Part shown: piece by piece, positions 1 to 14,200 of the stretch
How the letters are laid out: each line of letters starts with the position of its first letter
Numbering within the stretch: position 1 is the first letter of the stretch
NCBI GenBank assembly: GCA_964016885.1
Contig: OZ024743.1
Span: forward strand, 134,230,001-134,294,000
Reading direction: 5' to 3'
Source: Eledone cirrhosa
Lineage: Eukaryota
Length of the DNA: 64,000 nucleotides
The notes under the pieces: model-generated
What the model saw: the letters and a program-made list of their open reading frames with translations, nothing else
The model's database searches: none
Told to the model about the DNA's origin: nothing
Position numbers and translations under genes: made by a program

Positions 1-2289
1 TGGTGCTTGGTGCTTGGTGTTTGGTGCTTGGTTTTTAGTGCTTGGTGTTAGGTGTTTGGTGCTTGGTGCTTGGTGTTTGGTGCTTGGTGTTTGGTGTTTG
101 GTGTTATATGCTTGGTGTTTGATGCTTGGTGCTTGGTGCTTGGTGTTTGGTGCTTGGTGCTTGGTGTTTGTACTTGGTGCTTGGTGCTTGGTTCTTGGTG
201 TTTGGTGCCTGGTGTTTGGTGTTTGGTGCTTGGTGTTTGGTGTTTGGTGTTATATGCTTGGTGTTTGATGCTTGGTGCTTGGTGCTTGGTGTTTGGTGCT
301 TGGTGTTTGATGCTTGGTGCTTGGTGCTTGGTGTTTGGTGCTTGGTGCTTGGTGTTTGTACTTGGTGCTTGGTGCTTGGTTCTTGGTGTTTGGTGCTTGG
401 TGCTTGGTGTTTGGTGCTTGGTGCTTGGTGTTTGGTGCTTGGTGTTTGGTGCTTGGTGTTTGGTGCTTGGTGCTTGGTGCTTAGTGCTTGGTGTTTGGTG
501 CTTGGTGTTAGGTGTTTGGTGCTTGGTGCTTGGTGTTTGGTGTTTGGTGCTTGGTGTTTGGTGCTTGGTGTTTGGTATTAGGTGTTTGGTGCTTGGTGTT
601 TGGTGTTTGGTGCTTGGTGTTTGGTGCTTGGTGTTTGGTGCTTGGTGTTTGGTGCTTGGTACTTGGTGCTTGGTGCTTCGTGTTAGGTGTTTGGTGCTTG
701 GTGCTTGGTGTTTGGTTTTTGGTGCTTGGTGCTTGGTGTTTGGTGTTTGGTGCTTGCTGCTGGCTGCTTGGTGTTTGATGCTTGGTGATTGGTGCTTGGT
801 GTTTTGTGTTTGGTGCTTGGTGCTTGGTGTTTGGTGCTTGGTGCTTGGTGTTTGGTGCTTGGTGCTTGGTGTTTGGTTTTTGGTGCTTGGTGTTTGGTGT
901 TTGGTGTTTGGTGCTTGCTGCTGGCTGCTTGGTGTTTGATGCATGGTGATTTGTGCTTGGTGTTTGGTGCTTGGTGTTTGGTGTTTGATGCTTGATGCTT
1001 GGTGTTTGGTGTTTGATGCTTGGTGCTTGGTGCTTGGTGTTTGGTGTTAGGTGCTTCATGCTTGGTGTTTGGTGCTTGGTGCTGAGTGGTTGGTGTTTAG
1101 TGCTTGGTGTTTGGTGCTGGGTGCTTGGTGTTTGGTGCTTGGTGCTTGGTCTTTGGTGCTTGGTGTTTGGTGTTTGGTGCTTGGTGCTTGGTGCTTGGTG
1201 TTTGGTGCTTGGTGCTTGGTGTTTGGTGCTTGGTGCTTAGTGTTTGGTGCTTGGTGCTTAGTGTTTGGTGCTAGGTGCTTGGTGTTTGGTGCTTGGTGCT
1301 TGGTGTTTGGTGCCTGGTGCTTGGTGTTTGGTGTTTGGTGTTTGGTGCTTGGTGCTTGGTGTTTGGTGTTTGCTGTTTGCTGTTTGGTGTTTGTTGTTTG
1401 GTGTTTGTTGTTTGGTGTTTGCTGTTTGGTGTTTGGTGTTTGCTTTTTGGTGTTTGGTGTTTGCTGTATGTTGTTTGCTGTTTGGTGTTTGGTGTTTGGT
1501 GTTTGGTGCTTGGTGCTTGCTGCTGGCTGCTTGGTGCTTGGTGTTTGGTGCCTGGTGCTTGGTGCTTGGTGCTTGGTGTTTGGTGTTTGGTGCTTGGTGC
1601 TTGGAGTTTGGTGTTTGGTGCTTGGTGCTTGGTATTTCGTGTTTCGTGTTTGGTTTTTGGTGCTTGGTGCTTGGTGCTTGGTCCTTGGTGTTTGGTGCTG
1701 GGTGCTTGGGGTTTGGTGCTTGGTGCTTGGTCTTTGGTGCTTTGTGTTTGGTGCTTGGTGCTTGGTGTTTGGTGCTAGGTGCTTGGTGTTTGGTGCTTGG
1801 TGCTTGGTGTTTGGTTTTTGGTGCTTGGTGTTTGGTGTTTGGTGTTTGGTGCTTGCTGCTGGCTGCTTGGTGTTTGATGCATGGTGATTTGTGCTTGGTG
1901 TTTGGTGCTTGGTGTTTGGTGTTTGATGCTTGGTGCTTGCTGTTTGGGGTTTGATGCTTGGTGCTTGGTGCTAGGTGCTTGGTGCTTGGTGTTTGGTGCT
2001 TGGTGTTTGGTGTTTGGTGCTTGGTGATTCATGTTTCTACTTGGTGCTTGGTGCTTGGTTCTTGGTATTTGGTGCTTGGTGCTTGGTGTTTGGTGTTATA
2101 TGCTTGGTGTTTGATGCTTGGTGCTTGGTGTTTGGTGTTTGGTGTTTGATGCTTGGTGCTTGGTGTTTGGTGCTTGGTGCTTGGTGTTTGTACTTGGTGC
2201 TTGGTGCTTGGTGCTTGGTGTTTGGTGCTTGGTATTTGGTGCTTGGTGCTTGGTGCTTGGTCCTTGGTGCTTGGTGTTTGGTGGTTGGT

Positions 2290-2650
2290 GTTTGGTGGTT
2301 GGTGTTAGGTGTTTGGTGCTTGGTGCTTGGTGTTTGGTGTTTGGTGCTTGGTGTTTGGTGTTTGGTGCTTGGTGTTTGGTGCTTGGTACTTGGTGCTTGG
2401 TGCTTGGTGTTAGGTGTTTGGTGCTTGGTGTTTGGTGCTTGGTGTTTGGTGCTTGGTGTTTGGTGCTTGGTGTTTGGTGGTTGGTGTTAGGTGTTTGGTG
2501 CTTGGTGCTTGGTGTTTGGTGTTTGGTGCTTGGTGTTTGGTGTTTGGTGCTTGGTGTTTGGTGCTTGGTACTTGGTGCTTGGTGCTTGGTGTTAGGTGTT
2601 TGGTGCTTGGTGTTTGGTGCTTGGTGTTTGGTGCTTGGTGCTTGGTGTTT
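2290..2650. repeat. Local tandem duplication, period 182 bp (26 monomers)
   Basis: GGTGGTTGGTGTTAGG occurs at 2294 and 2476, each followed by the same TTGGTAC...TAGGTGT series. ORF starts 2414 and 2596 are also 182 apart. Confidence 0.75.
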
Positions 2651-5600
2651 GGTGCTTGGTGTTTGGTGTTTGGTGCTTGGTCATTGGTGTTTCTACTTGG
2701 TGCTTGGTGCTTGGTTCTTGGTGTTTGGTGCTTGGTGCTTGGTGTTTGGTGTTATATGCTTGGTGTTTGATGCTTGGTGCTTGGTGCTTGGTGTTTGGTG
2801 TTTGGTGTTTGATGCTTGGTGCTTGGTGTTTGGTGCTTGGTGCTTGGTGTTTGTACTTGGTGCTTGGTGCTTGGTGCTTGGTGTTTGGTGCTTGGTATTT
2901 GGTGCTTGGTGCTTGGTGCTTGGTCCTTGGTGCTTGGTGTTTGGTGGTTGGTTTTTGGTGGTTGGTGCTTGGTACTTGGTGCTTGGTGCTTGGTGTTAGG
3001 TGTTTGGTGCTTGGTGTTTGGTGCTTGGTGTTTGGTGCTTGGTGCTTGGTGCTTGGTGCTTGGTGTTTGGTGGTTGGTGTTTGGTGCTTGGTGTTTGGTG
3101 CTTGGTGTTACGTGTTTGGTGCTTGGTGCTTGGTGTTTGGTGTTTGGTGCTTGGTGTTTGGTGTTTGGTGCTTGGTGTTTGGTGCTTTTTGTTTGGTGCT
3201 TGGTGCTTGGTGTTTGGTGCTGGGTGCTTGGTGCTTGGTGTTTGGTGTTATATGCTTGGTGTTTGATGCTTGGTGCTTGGTGCTTGGTGTTTGGGGTTTG
3301 GTGCTTGGTGTTTGATGCTTGGTGCTTGGTGCTTGGTGTTTGGTGCTTGGTGCTTGGTGTTTGGTGCTTGGTGCTTGGTGTTTGGTGCTTGGTGTTTGGT
3401 GCTTGGTGTTTGGTGCTTGGTGCTTGGTGCTTGGTGCTTGGTGTTTGGTGTTTGGTGCTTGGTGTTTGGTGCTTGGTACTTGGTGCTTGGTGCTTGGTGT
3501 TAGGTGTTTGGTGCTTGGTGCTTGGTGTCTGGTTTTTGGTGCTTGGTGCTTGGTGTTTGGTGCTTGCTGCTGGCTGCTTGGTGTTTGGTGCTTGGTGATT
3601 GGTGCTTGGTGTTTGGTGTTTGGTGCTAGGTGCTTGGTGTTTGGTGCTTGGTGCTTGGTGTTTGTACTTGGTGCTTGGTGCTTGGTTCTTGGTGTTTGGT
3701 GCTTCGTGCTTGGTGTTTGGTGCTTGGTGCTTGGTGTTTGGTGCTTGGTGTTTGGTGCTTGGTGTTTGGTGCTTGGTGCTTGGTGCTTGGTGTTTGGTGC
3801 TTGGTTTTTAGTGCTTGGTGTTAGGTGTTTGGTGCTTGCTGTTTGGTGTTTGGTGTTTGGTGCTTGGTGTTTGGTGTTTGGTGTTATATGCTTGGTGTTT
3901 GATGCTTGGTGCTTGGTGCTTGGTGTTTGGCGCTTGGTGTTTGATGCTTGGTGCTTGGTGCTTGGTGTTTGGTGCTTGGTTCTTGGTGTTTGGTGCCTGG
4001 TGTTTGGTGTTTGGTGCTTGGTGTTTGGTGTTTGGTGTTATATGCTTGGTGTTTGATGCTTGGTGCTTGGTGCTTGGTGTTTGGTGCTTGGTGTTTGATG
4101 CTTGGTGCTTGGTGCTTGGTGTTTGGTGCTTGGTGCTTGGTGTTTGTACTTGGTGCTTGGTGCTTGGTTATTGGTGTTTGGTGCTTGGTGCTTGGTGTTT
4201 GGTGCTTGGTGCTTGGTGTTTGGTGCTTGGTGTTTGGTGCTTGGTGTTTGGTGCTTGGTGCTTGGTGCTTAGTGCTTGGTGTTTGGTGCTTGGTGTTAGG
4301 TGTTTGGTGCTTGGTGCTTGGTGTTTGGTGTTTGGTGCTTGGTGTTTGGTGCTTGGTGTTTGGTGTTAGGTGTTTGGTGCTTGGTGTTTGGTGTTTGGTG
4401 CTTGGTGTTTGGTGCTTGGTGTTTGGTGCTTGGTGTTTGGTGCTTGGTACTTGGTGCTTGGTGCTTCGTGTTAGGTGTTTGGTGCTTGGTGCTTGGTGTT
4501 TGGTTTTTGGTGCTTGGTGCTTGGTGTTTGGTGTTTGGTGCTTGCTGCTGGCTGCTTGGTGTTTGATGCTTGGTGATTGGTGCTTGGTGTTTTGTGTTTG
4601 GTGCTTGGTGCTTGGTGTTTGGTGCTTGGTGCTTGGTGTTTGGTTTTTGGTGCTTGGTGTTTGGTGTTTGGTGTTTGGTGCTTGCTGCTGGCTGCTTGGT
4701 GTTTGATGCATGGTGATTTGTGCTTGGTGTTTGGTGCTTGGTGTTTGGTGTTTGATGCGTGGTGCTTGGTGTTTGGTGTTTGATGCTTGGTGCTTGGTGC
4801 TTGGTGCTTGGTGCTTGGTGTTTGTTGTTTGGTGTTTGCTGTTTGGTGTTTGGTGTTTGCTTTTTGGTGTTTGGTGTTTGCTGTATGTTGTTTGGTGTTT
4901 GGTGTTTGGTGTTTGGTGTTTGGTGTTTGGTGCTTGTTGCTTGGTGTTTGGTGCTTGGTGCTTGGTGTTTGTTGCCTGGTGCTTGGTGCTTGGTGCTTGG
5001 TGTTTGGTGTTTGGTGCTTGGTGCTTGGACTTTGGTGTTTGGTGCTTGGTGCTTGGTGTTTCGTGTTTCGTGTTTGGTTTTTGGTGCTTGGTGCTTGGTG
5101 CTTGGTCCTTGGTGTTTGGTGTTTGGTGCTTGGTGTTTGGTGTTTGGTGTTATATGCTTGGTGTTTGATGCTTGGTGCTTGGTGCTTGGTGTTTGGTGCT
5201 TGGTGTTTGATGCTTGGTGCTTGGTGTTTGATGCTTGGTGCTTGGTGGTTGGTGTTTTGTGTTTGGTGCTTGGTGTTTGTACTTGGTGCTTGGTGCTTGG
5301 TGCTTGGTGTTTGGTTCTTGGTTCTTGGTGTTTGGTGTTTGGCGTTTGGTGTTTGGTGCTTGGTGCTTGGTGTTTGGTGCTTGGTGCTTGGTGTTTGGTG
5401 CCTGGTGCTTGGTGCTTGGTGCTTGGTGTTTGGTGTTTGGTGCTTGGTGCTTGGTGCTTGGAGTTTGGTGTTTGGTGCTTGGTGCTTTGTGTTTTGTGTC
5501 TGGTGTTTGGTTTTTGGTGCTTGGTGCTTGGTCATTGGTGTTTGGTGCTGGGTGCTTTGTGTTTTGTGCTTGGTGCTTGGTGTTTCGTGTTTGCTGCTTG

Positions 5601-8299
5601 GTGTTTGATGCTTGGTGCTTGGTGCTTGGTGTTTTGTGTTTGGTGCTTGGTTCTTGGTGTTTGGTGCTTGGTGCTTGGTACTTGGTGTTTGTACTTGGTT
5701 CTTGGTGCTTGGTGTTTGGTTCTTGGTTCTTGGTGTTTGGTACTTGGTGCTTGGTGCTTGATGTTTGGTGTTTGGTGCTTGGTGTTTGGTGTTGGTACTT
5801 GGTGTTTGGTGCTTGGGGTTAGGTGTTTGGTGTTTTGTGCTTGGTGTTTGGTGTTTGGTGCTAGGTGCTTGGTGTTTGGTGCTTGGTGCTTGGTGCTTGG
5901 TGCTTGGTGCTTGGTGTTTGGTGTTTGGTGCTAGGTGCTTGGTGTTTGGTGCTTGGTGCTTGGTGCTTGGTGTTTGGTGTTTGGTTTTAGGTGCTTGGTG
6001 CTTGGTGTTTGGTGCTTGGTGCTGGGTGGTTGGTGTTTAGTGCTTGGTGTTTGGTGCTGGGTGCTTGGTGTTTGGTGCTTGGTGCTTGGTCTTTGGTGCT
6101 TGGTGTTTGGTGTTTGGTGCTTGGTGCTTGGTGCTTGGTGTTTGGTGCTTGGTGCTTGGTGTTTGGTGCTTGGTGCTTAGTGTTTGGTGCTTGGTGCTTA
6201 GTGTTTGGTGTTTGGTGCTTGGTGCTTGGTGTTTAGTGCTTAGTGTTTGGTGCTTGGTGCTTGGTGTTTGCTGTTTGCTGTTTGCTGTTTGGTGTTTGTT
6301 GTTTGGTGTTTGTTGTTTGGTGTTTGCTGTTTGGTGTTTGGTGTTTGCTTTTTGGTGTTTGGTGTTTGCTGTATGTTGTTTGGTGTTTGGTGTTTGGTGT
6401 TTGGTGTTTGGTGCTTGTTGCTTGGTGTTTGGTGCTTGGTGCTTGATGTTTGGTGCCTGGTGCTTGGTGCTTGGTGCTTGGTGTTTAGTGTTTGGTGCTT
6501 GGTGCTTGCAGTTTGGTGTTTGGTGCTTGGTGCTTGGTGTTTCGTGTTTCGTGTTTGGTTGTTGGTGCTTGGTGCTTGGTGCTTGGTCCTTGGTGTTTGG
6601 TGCTGGGTGCATTGTGTTTGGTGCTTGGTGCTTGGTGCTTGGTGTTTGGTGTTTGCTGCTTGGTGTTTGATGCTTGGTGCTTGGTGGTTGGTGTTTTGTG
6701 TTTGGTGCTTGGTGCTTGGTGTTTGGTGCTTCGTGCTTGGTGCTTGGTGTTTGGTTCTTGGTTCTTGGTGTTTGGTGTTTGGCGTTTGGTGTTTGGTGCT
6801 TGGTGCTTGGTGTTTGGTGCTTGGTGCTTGGTGTTTGGTGCCTGGTGCTTGGTGCTTGGTGCTTGGTGTTTGGTGTTTGGTGCTTGGTGCTTGGTGCTTG
6901 GAGTTTGGTATTTGGTGCTTGGTGCTTTGTGTTTTGTGTTGGTGTTTGGTTTTTGGTGCTTGGTGCTTGGTCATTGGTGTTTGGTGCTGGGTGCTTTGTG
7001 TTTTGTGCTTGGTGCTTGGTGTTTGGTGTTTGCTGCTTGGTGTTTGATGCTTGGTGCTTGGTGCTTGGTGTTTTGTGTTTGGTGCTTGGTTCTTGGTGTT
7101 TGGTGCTTGGTGCTTGGTGCTTGGTGTTTGGTTCTTGGTTCTTGGTGTTTGGTACTTGGTGCTTGGTGCTTGATGTTTGGTGTTTGGTGCTTGGTGTTTG
7201 GTGCTTGGTACTTGGTGCTTGGTGCTTGGTGTTAGGTGTTTGGTGCTTGGTGCTTGGTGTTTGGTTTTTGGTGCTTGGTGCTTGGTGTTTGGTGTTTGGT
7301 GCTTGCTGCTGGCTGCTTGGTGTTTGATGCTTGGTGATTGGTGCTTGGTGTTTTGTGCTTGGTGTTTGGTGTTTGGTGCTAGGTGCTTGGTGTTTGGTGC
7401 TTGGTGCTTGGTGCTTGGTGTTTGGTGTTTGGTGTTAGGTGGTTCATGCTTGGTGTTTGGTGCTTGGTGCTGAGTGGTTGGTGTTTAGTGCTTGGTGTTT
7501 GGTGCTGGGTGCTTGGTGTTTGGTGCTTGGTGCTTGGTCTTTGGTGCTTGGTGTTTGGTGTTTGGTGCTTGGGGCTTGGTGCTTGGTGTTTGGTGTTTGG
7601 TGCTTGGTGTTTGGTGCTTGGTGCTTAGTGTTTGGTGCTTGGTGCTTAGTGTTTGGTGCTAGGTGCTTGGTGTTTGGTGCTTGGTGCTTGGTGTTTGGTG
7701 CCTGGTGCTTGGTGTTTGGTGTTTGGTGTTTGCTGTTTGCTGTTTGCTGTTTGGTGTTTGTTGTTTGGTCTTTGTTGTTTGGTGTTTGCTGTTTGGTGTT
7801 TGGTGTTTGCTTTTTGGTGTTTGGTGTTTGCTGTATGTTGTTTGCTGTTTGGTGTTTGGTGTTTGGTGTTTGGTGCTTGGTGCTTGCTGCTGGCTGCTTG
7901 GTGCTTGGTGTTTGGTGCCTGGTGCTTGGTGCTTGGTGCTTGGTGTTTGGTGTTTGGTGCTTGCTGCTTGGAGTTTGGTGTTTGGTGCTTGGTGCTTGGT
8001 ATTTAGTGTTTCGTGTTTGGTTTTTGGTGCTTGGTGCTTGGTGCTTGGTCCTTGGTGTTTGGTGCTGGGTGCTTGGTGTTTGGTGCTTGGTGCTTGGTCT
8101 TTGGTGCTTTGTGTTTGGTGTTTGGTGTTTGGTGTTAGGTGCTTCATGCTTGGTGTTTGGTGCTTGGTGCTGAGTGGTTGGTGTTTAGTGCTTGGTGTTT
8201 GGTGCTGGGTGCTTGGTGTTTGGTGCTTGGTGCTTGGTCTTTGGTGCTTTGTGTTTGGTGCTTGGTGCTTGGTGTTTGGTGCTTGGTGCTTTGCGTTTG

Positions 8300-11200
8300 A
8301 TGCATGGTGATTTGTGCTTGGTGTTTGGTGCTTGGTGTTTGGTGTTTGATGCTTGGTGCTTGGTGTTTGGTGTTTGATGCTTGGTGCTTGGTGCTTGGTG
8401 CTTGGTGCTTGGTGTTTGGTGCTTGGTGTTTGGTGTTTGGTGCTTGGTGATTGGTGTTTCTACTTGGTGCTTGGTGCTTGGTTCTTGGTATTTGGTGCTT
8501 GGTGCTTGGTGTTTGGTGTTATATGCTTGGTGTTTGATGCTTGGTGCTTGGTGCTTGGTGTTTGGTGTTTGGTGTTTGATGCTTGGTGCTTGGTGTTTGG
8601 TGCTTGGTGCTTGGTGTTTGTACTTGGTGCTTGGTGCTTGGTGCTTGGTGTTTGGTGCTTGGTATTTGGTGCTTGGTGCTTGGCGCTTGGTCCTTGGTGC
8701 TTGGTGTTTGGTGGTTGGTGTTTGGTGGTTGGTGTTAGGTGTTTGGTGCTTGGTGCTTGGTGTTTGGTGTTTGGTGCTTGGTGTTTGGTGTTTGGTGCTT
8801 GGTGTTTGGTGCTTGGTACTTGGTGCTTGGTGCTTGGTGTTAGGTGTTTGGTGCTTGGTGTTTGGTGCTTGGTGTTTGGTGCTTGGTGCTTGGTGCTTGG
8901 TGTTTGGTGGTTGGTGTTTGGTGCTTGGTGTTTGGTGCTTGGTGTTACGTGTTTGGTGCTTGGTGCTTGGTGTTTGGTGTTTGGTGCTTGGTGTTTGGTG
9001 TTTGGTGCTTGGTGTTTGGTGCTTTTTGCTTGGTGCTTGCTGCTTGGTGTTTGGTGCTGGGTGCTTGGTGCTTGGTGTTTGGTGTTATATGCATGGTGTT
9101 TGATGCTTGGTGCTTGGTGCTTGGTGTTTGGTGTTTGGTGCTTGGTGTTTGATGCTTGGTGCTTGGTGCTTGGTGTTTGGTGTTTGGTGCTGGGTGCTTG
9201 GTGCTTGGTGCTTGGTGTTTGGTGCTTGGTGTTTGGTGCTTGGTGTTTGGTGCTTGGTGCTTGGTGCTTGGTGCTTGGTGTTTGGTGTTTGGTGCTTGGT
9301 GTTTGGTGCTTGGTACTTGGTGCTTGGTGCTTGGTGTTAGGTGTTTGGTGCTTGGTGCTTGGTGTCTGGTTTTTGGTGCTTGGTGCTTGGTGTTTGGTGC
9401 TTGCTGCTGGCTGCTTGGTGTTTGGTGCTTGGTGATTGGTGCTTGGTGTTTGGTGTTTGGTGCTAGGTGTTTGGTGTTTGGTGCTTGGTGCTTGGTGTTT
9501 GGTGCTTGGTGCTTGGTGTTTGGTGCTTGGTGTTTGGTGCTTGGTGTTTGGTGCTTGGTGCTTGGTGCTTGGTGTTTGGTGCTTGGTGTTTGGTGCTTGG
9601 TGTTAGGTGTTTGGTGCTTGGTGCTTGGTGTTTGGTGTTTGGTGCTTGGTGTTTGGTGTTTGGTGTTATATGCTTGGTGTTTGATGCTTGGTGCTTGGTG
9701 CTTGGTGTTTGGTGCTTGGTGTTTGATGCTTGGTGCTTGGTGCTTGGTGTTTGGTGCTTGGTGCTTGGTGTTTGTACTTGGTGCTTGGTGCTTGGTTCTT
9801 GGTGTTTGGTTCTTGGTGTTTGGTGTTTGGTGCTTGGTGTTTGGTGTTTGGTGTTATATGCTTGGTGTTTGATGCTTGGTGCTTGGTGCTTGGTGTTTGG
9901 TGCTTGGTGTTTGATGCTTGGTGCTTGGTGCTTGGTGTTTGGTGCTGGGTGCTTGGTGTTTGTACTTGGTGCTTGGTGCTTGGTTCTTGGTGTTTGGTGC
10001 TTGGTGCTTGGTGTTTGGTGCTTGGTGCTTGGTGTTTGGTGCTTGGTGTTTGGTGCTTGGTGTTTGGTGCTTGGTGCTTGGTGCTTAGTGCTTGGTGTTT
10101 GGTGCTTGGTGTTAGGTGTTTGGTGCTTGGTGCTTGGTGTTTGGTGTTTGGTGCTTGGTGTTTGGTGCTTGGTGTTTGGTGTTAGGTGTTTGGTGCTTGG
10201 TGTTTGGTGTTTGGTTCTTGGTGTTTGGTGCTTGGTGTTTGGTGCTTGGTGTTTGGTGCTTGGTACTTGGTGCTTGGTGCTTCGTGTTAGGTGTTTGGTG
10301 CTTGGTGCTTGGTGTTTGGTTTTTGGTGCTTGGTGCTTGGTGTTTGGTGTTTGGTGCTTGCTGCTGGCTGCTTGGTGTTTGATGCTTGGTGATTGGTGCT
10401 TGGTGTTTTGTGCTTGGTGTTTGGTGTTTGGTGCTAGGTGCTTGGTGTTTGGTGCTTGGTGCTTGGTGCTTGGTGTTTGGTGTTTGGTTTTAGGTGCTTG
10501 GTGCTTGGTGTTTGGTGCTTGGTGCTGGGTGGTTGGTGTTTAGTGCTTGGTGTTTGGTGCTGGGTGCTTGGTGTTTGGTGCTTGGTGCTTGGTCTTTGGT
10601 GCTTGGTGTTTGGTGTTTGGTGCTTGGTGCTTGGTGCTTGGTGTTTGGTGCTTGGTGCTTGGTGTTTGGTGCTTGGTGCTTAGTGTTTGGTGCTTGGTGA
10701 TTAGTGTTTGGTGTTTGGTGCTTGGTGCTTGGTGTTTGGTGCTTACTGTTTGGTGCTTGGTGCTTGGTGTTTGGTGTTTGCTGTTTGCTGTTTGGTGTTT
10801 GTTGTTTGGTGTTTGTTGTTTGGTGTTTGCTGTTTGGTGTTTGGTGTTTGCTTTTTGGTGTTTGGTGTTTGCTGTATGTTGTTTGGTGTTTGGTGTTTGG
10901 TGTTTGGTGTTTGGTGCTTGTTGCTTGGTGTTTGCTGCTTGGTGCTTGGTGTTTGGTGCCTGGTGCTTGGTGCTTGGTGCTTGGTGTTTGGTGTTTGGTG
11001 CTTGGTGCTTGGAGTTTGGTGTTTGGTGCTTGGTGCTTGGTGTTTCGTGTTTCGTGTTTGGTTTTTGGTGCCTGGTGCTTGGTGCTTGGTCCTTGGTGTT
11101 TGGTGCTGGGTGCATTGTGTTTGGTGCTTGGTGCTTGGTGCTTGGTGTTTGGTGTTTGCTGCTTGGTGTTTGATGCTTGGTGCTTGGTGGTTGGTGTTTT

Positions 11201-14200
11201 GTGTTTGGTGCTTGGTGCTTGGTGTTTGGTGCTTGGTGCTTGGTGCTTGGTGTTTGTACTTGGTGCTTGGTGATTGGTGTTTGGTTCATGGTTCTTGGTG
11301 TTTGGTGTTTGGCGTTTGGTGTTTGGTGCTTGGTGCTTGGTGTTTGGTGCTTGGTGCTTGGTGTTTGGTGCCTGGTGCTTGGTGCTTGGTGCTTGGTGTT
11401 TGGTGTTTGGTGCTTGGTGCTTGGTGCTTGGAGTTTGGTGTTTGGTGCTTGGTGCTTTGTATTTTGTGTTTGGTGTTTGGTTTTTGGTGCTTGGTGCTTG
11501 GTCCTTGGTGTTTGGTGCTGGGTGCTTTGTGTTTTGTGCTTGGTGCTTGGTGTTTGGTGTTTGCTGCTTGGTGTTTGATGCTTGGTGCTTGGTGCTTGGT
11601 GTTTTGTTTTTGGTGCTTGGTTCTTGGTGTTTGGTGCTTGGTGCTTGGTACTTGGTGTTTGTACTTGGTGCTTGGTGCTTGGTGTTTGGTTCTTGGTTCT
11701 TGGTGTTTGGTACTTGGTGCTTGGTGCTTGATGTTTGGTGTTTGGTGCTTGGTGTTTGGTGCTTGGTACTTGGTGCTTGGTGCTTGGTGTTAGGTGTTTG
11801 GTGCTTGGTGCTTGGTGTTTGGTTTTTGGTGCTTGGTGCTTGGTGTTTGGTGTTTGGTGCTTGCTGCTGGCTGCTTGGTGTTTGATGCTTGGTGATTGGT
11901 GCTTGGTGTTTTGTGCTTGGTGTTTGGTGTTTGGTGCTAGGTGCTTGGTGTTTGGTGCTTGGTGCTTGGTGCTTGGTGTTTGGTGTTTGGTGTTAGGTGC
12001 TTGATGCTTGGTGTTTGGTGCTTGGTGCTGGGTGGTTGGTGTTTAGTGCTTGGTGTTTGGTGCTGGATGCTTGGTGTTTGGTGCTTGGTGCTTGGTCTTT
12101 GGTGCTTGGTGTTTCGTGTTTGGTGCTTGGTGCTTGGTGCTTGGTGTTTGGTGCTTGGTGCTTGGTGTTTGGTGCTTGGTGCTTAGTGTTTGGTGCTTGG
12201 TGCTTAGTGTTTGGTGCTAGGTGCTTGGTGTTTGGTGCTTGGTGCTTGGTGTGTGGTGCCTGGTGCTTGGTGTTTGGTGTTTGGTGTTTGGTGCTTGGTG
12301 CTTGGTGTTTGGTGTTTGCTGTTTGCTGTTTGGTGTTTGTTGTTTGGTGTTTGTTGTTTGGTGTTTGCTGTTTGGTGTTTGGTGTTTGCTTTTTGGTGTT
12401 TGGTGTTTGCTGTATGTTGTTTGCTGTTTGGTGTTTGGTGTTTGGTGTTTGGTGCTTGGTGCTTGGTGTTTGGTGCTTGGTGCTTGGTGTTTGGTGCCTG
12501 GTGCTTGGTGCTTGGTGCTTGGTGTTTGGTGTTTGGTGCTTGGTGCTTGGAGTTTGGTGTTTGGTGCTTGGTGCTTGGTGTTTCGTGTTTCGTGTTTGGT
12601 TTTTGGTGCTTGGTGCTTGGTGCTTGGTCCTTGGTGTTTGGTGCTGGGTGCTTGGTGCTTGGTGTTTGGTGTTTGCTGCTTGGTGTTTGATGCTTGGTGC
12701 TTGGTGCTTGGTGTTTTGTGTTTGGTGCTTGGTGCTTGGTGTTTGGTGCTTGGTGCTTGGTGCTTGGTGTTTGTACTTGGTGCTTGGTGTTTGGTTCTTA
12801 GTTCTTGGTGTTTGGTGTTTGGCATTTGGTGTTTGGTGCTTGGTGCTTGGTGTTTGGTGCTTGGTGCTTGGTGTTTGGTGCCTGGTGCTTGGTGCTTGGT
12901 GCTTGGTGTTTGGTGTTTGGTGCTTGGTGCTTGGTGCTTGGAGTTTGGTGTTTGGTGCTTGGTGCTTTGTGTTTTGTGTTTGGTGTTTGGTTTTTGGTGC
13001 TTGGTGCTTGGTCCTTGGTGTTTGGTGCTGGGTGCTTGGTGTTTGGTGTTTGCTGCTTGGTGTTTGATGCTTGGTGCTTGGTGCTTGGTGTTTTGTGTTT
13101 GGTGCTTGGTGTTTGTACTTGGTGCTTGGTGCTTGGTGTTTGGTTCTTGGTTCTTGGTGTTTGGTACTTGGTGCTTGGTGCTTGATGTTTGGTGTTTGGT
13201 GCTTGGTGTTTGGTGCTTGGTGCTTGGTGCTTGGTGTTAGGTGTTTGGTGCTTGGTCCTTGGTGTTTGGTGCTTGGTGTTTGGTGTTTGCTGTTTGGTGT
13301 TTGGTGTTTGGTGTTTGGTGTTTGCTGTTTGGTGTCTGCTTTTTGGTGTTCAGTGTTTGCTGTATGGTGTTTGGTGTTTGCTGTTTGGTGTTTGGTCTTT
13401 GGTGCTTGGTGTTTGGTGCTTGGTGCTTGGTGTTTGGTGTTTGGTGTTTGGTGCTTGGTGTTTGGTGTTTGGTGCTTGGTGTTTGGTGTTTGGTGCTTGG
13501 TGTCTGGTGCTTGGTGTTTGGTTTTTGGTGCTTGGTGTTTGGTGTTTGGTGTTTGGTGTTTGGTGCTTGGTGCTTGGTGTTTGGTGTTTCGTGTTTGGTG
13601 CTTGGTGTCTGGTGCTTGGTGTTTGGTGTTTGGTGCTTGGTGTTTGGTGTTTGGTGTTTGGTGCTTGGTGCTTGGTGCGTGGTGTTTGGTGTTTGGTGCT
13701 TGGTGTTTGGTGCTTGGTGCTGGGTGGTTGGTGTTTGGTGCTTGGTGTTTGGTGCTGGGTGCTTGGTGTTTGGTGCTGGGGGCTTGGTGATTTGTGCTTG
13801 GTGTTTGGTGCTTGGTGTTTGGTGTTTGATGCTTGGTGCTTGGTGTTTGGTGTTTGATGCTTGGTGCTTGGTGCTTGGTGCTTGGTGTTTGGTGCTTGGT
13901 GTTTGGTGCTTGGTGATTGGTGTTTGTACTTGGTGCTTGGTGCTTGGTTCTTGGTGTTCGGTTCTTGGTGCTTGGTGTTTGGTGTTATATGCTTGGTGTT
14001 TGATGCTTGGTGCTTGGTGCTTGGTGTTTGGTGTTTGGTGTTTGATGCTTGGTGCTTGGTGTTTGGTGCTTGGTGCTTGGTGTTTGTACTTGGTGCTTGG
14101 TGCTTGGTGCTTGGTGTTTGGTGCTTGGTGTTTGGTGCTTGGTGCTTGGTGCTTGGTCCTTGGTGCTTGGTGTTTGGTGGTTGGTGTTTGGTGGTTGGTG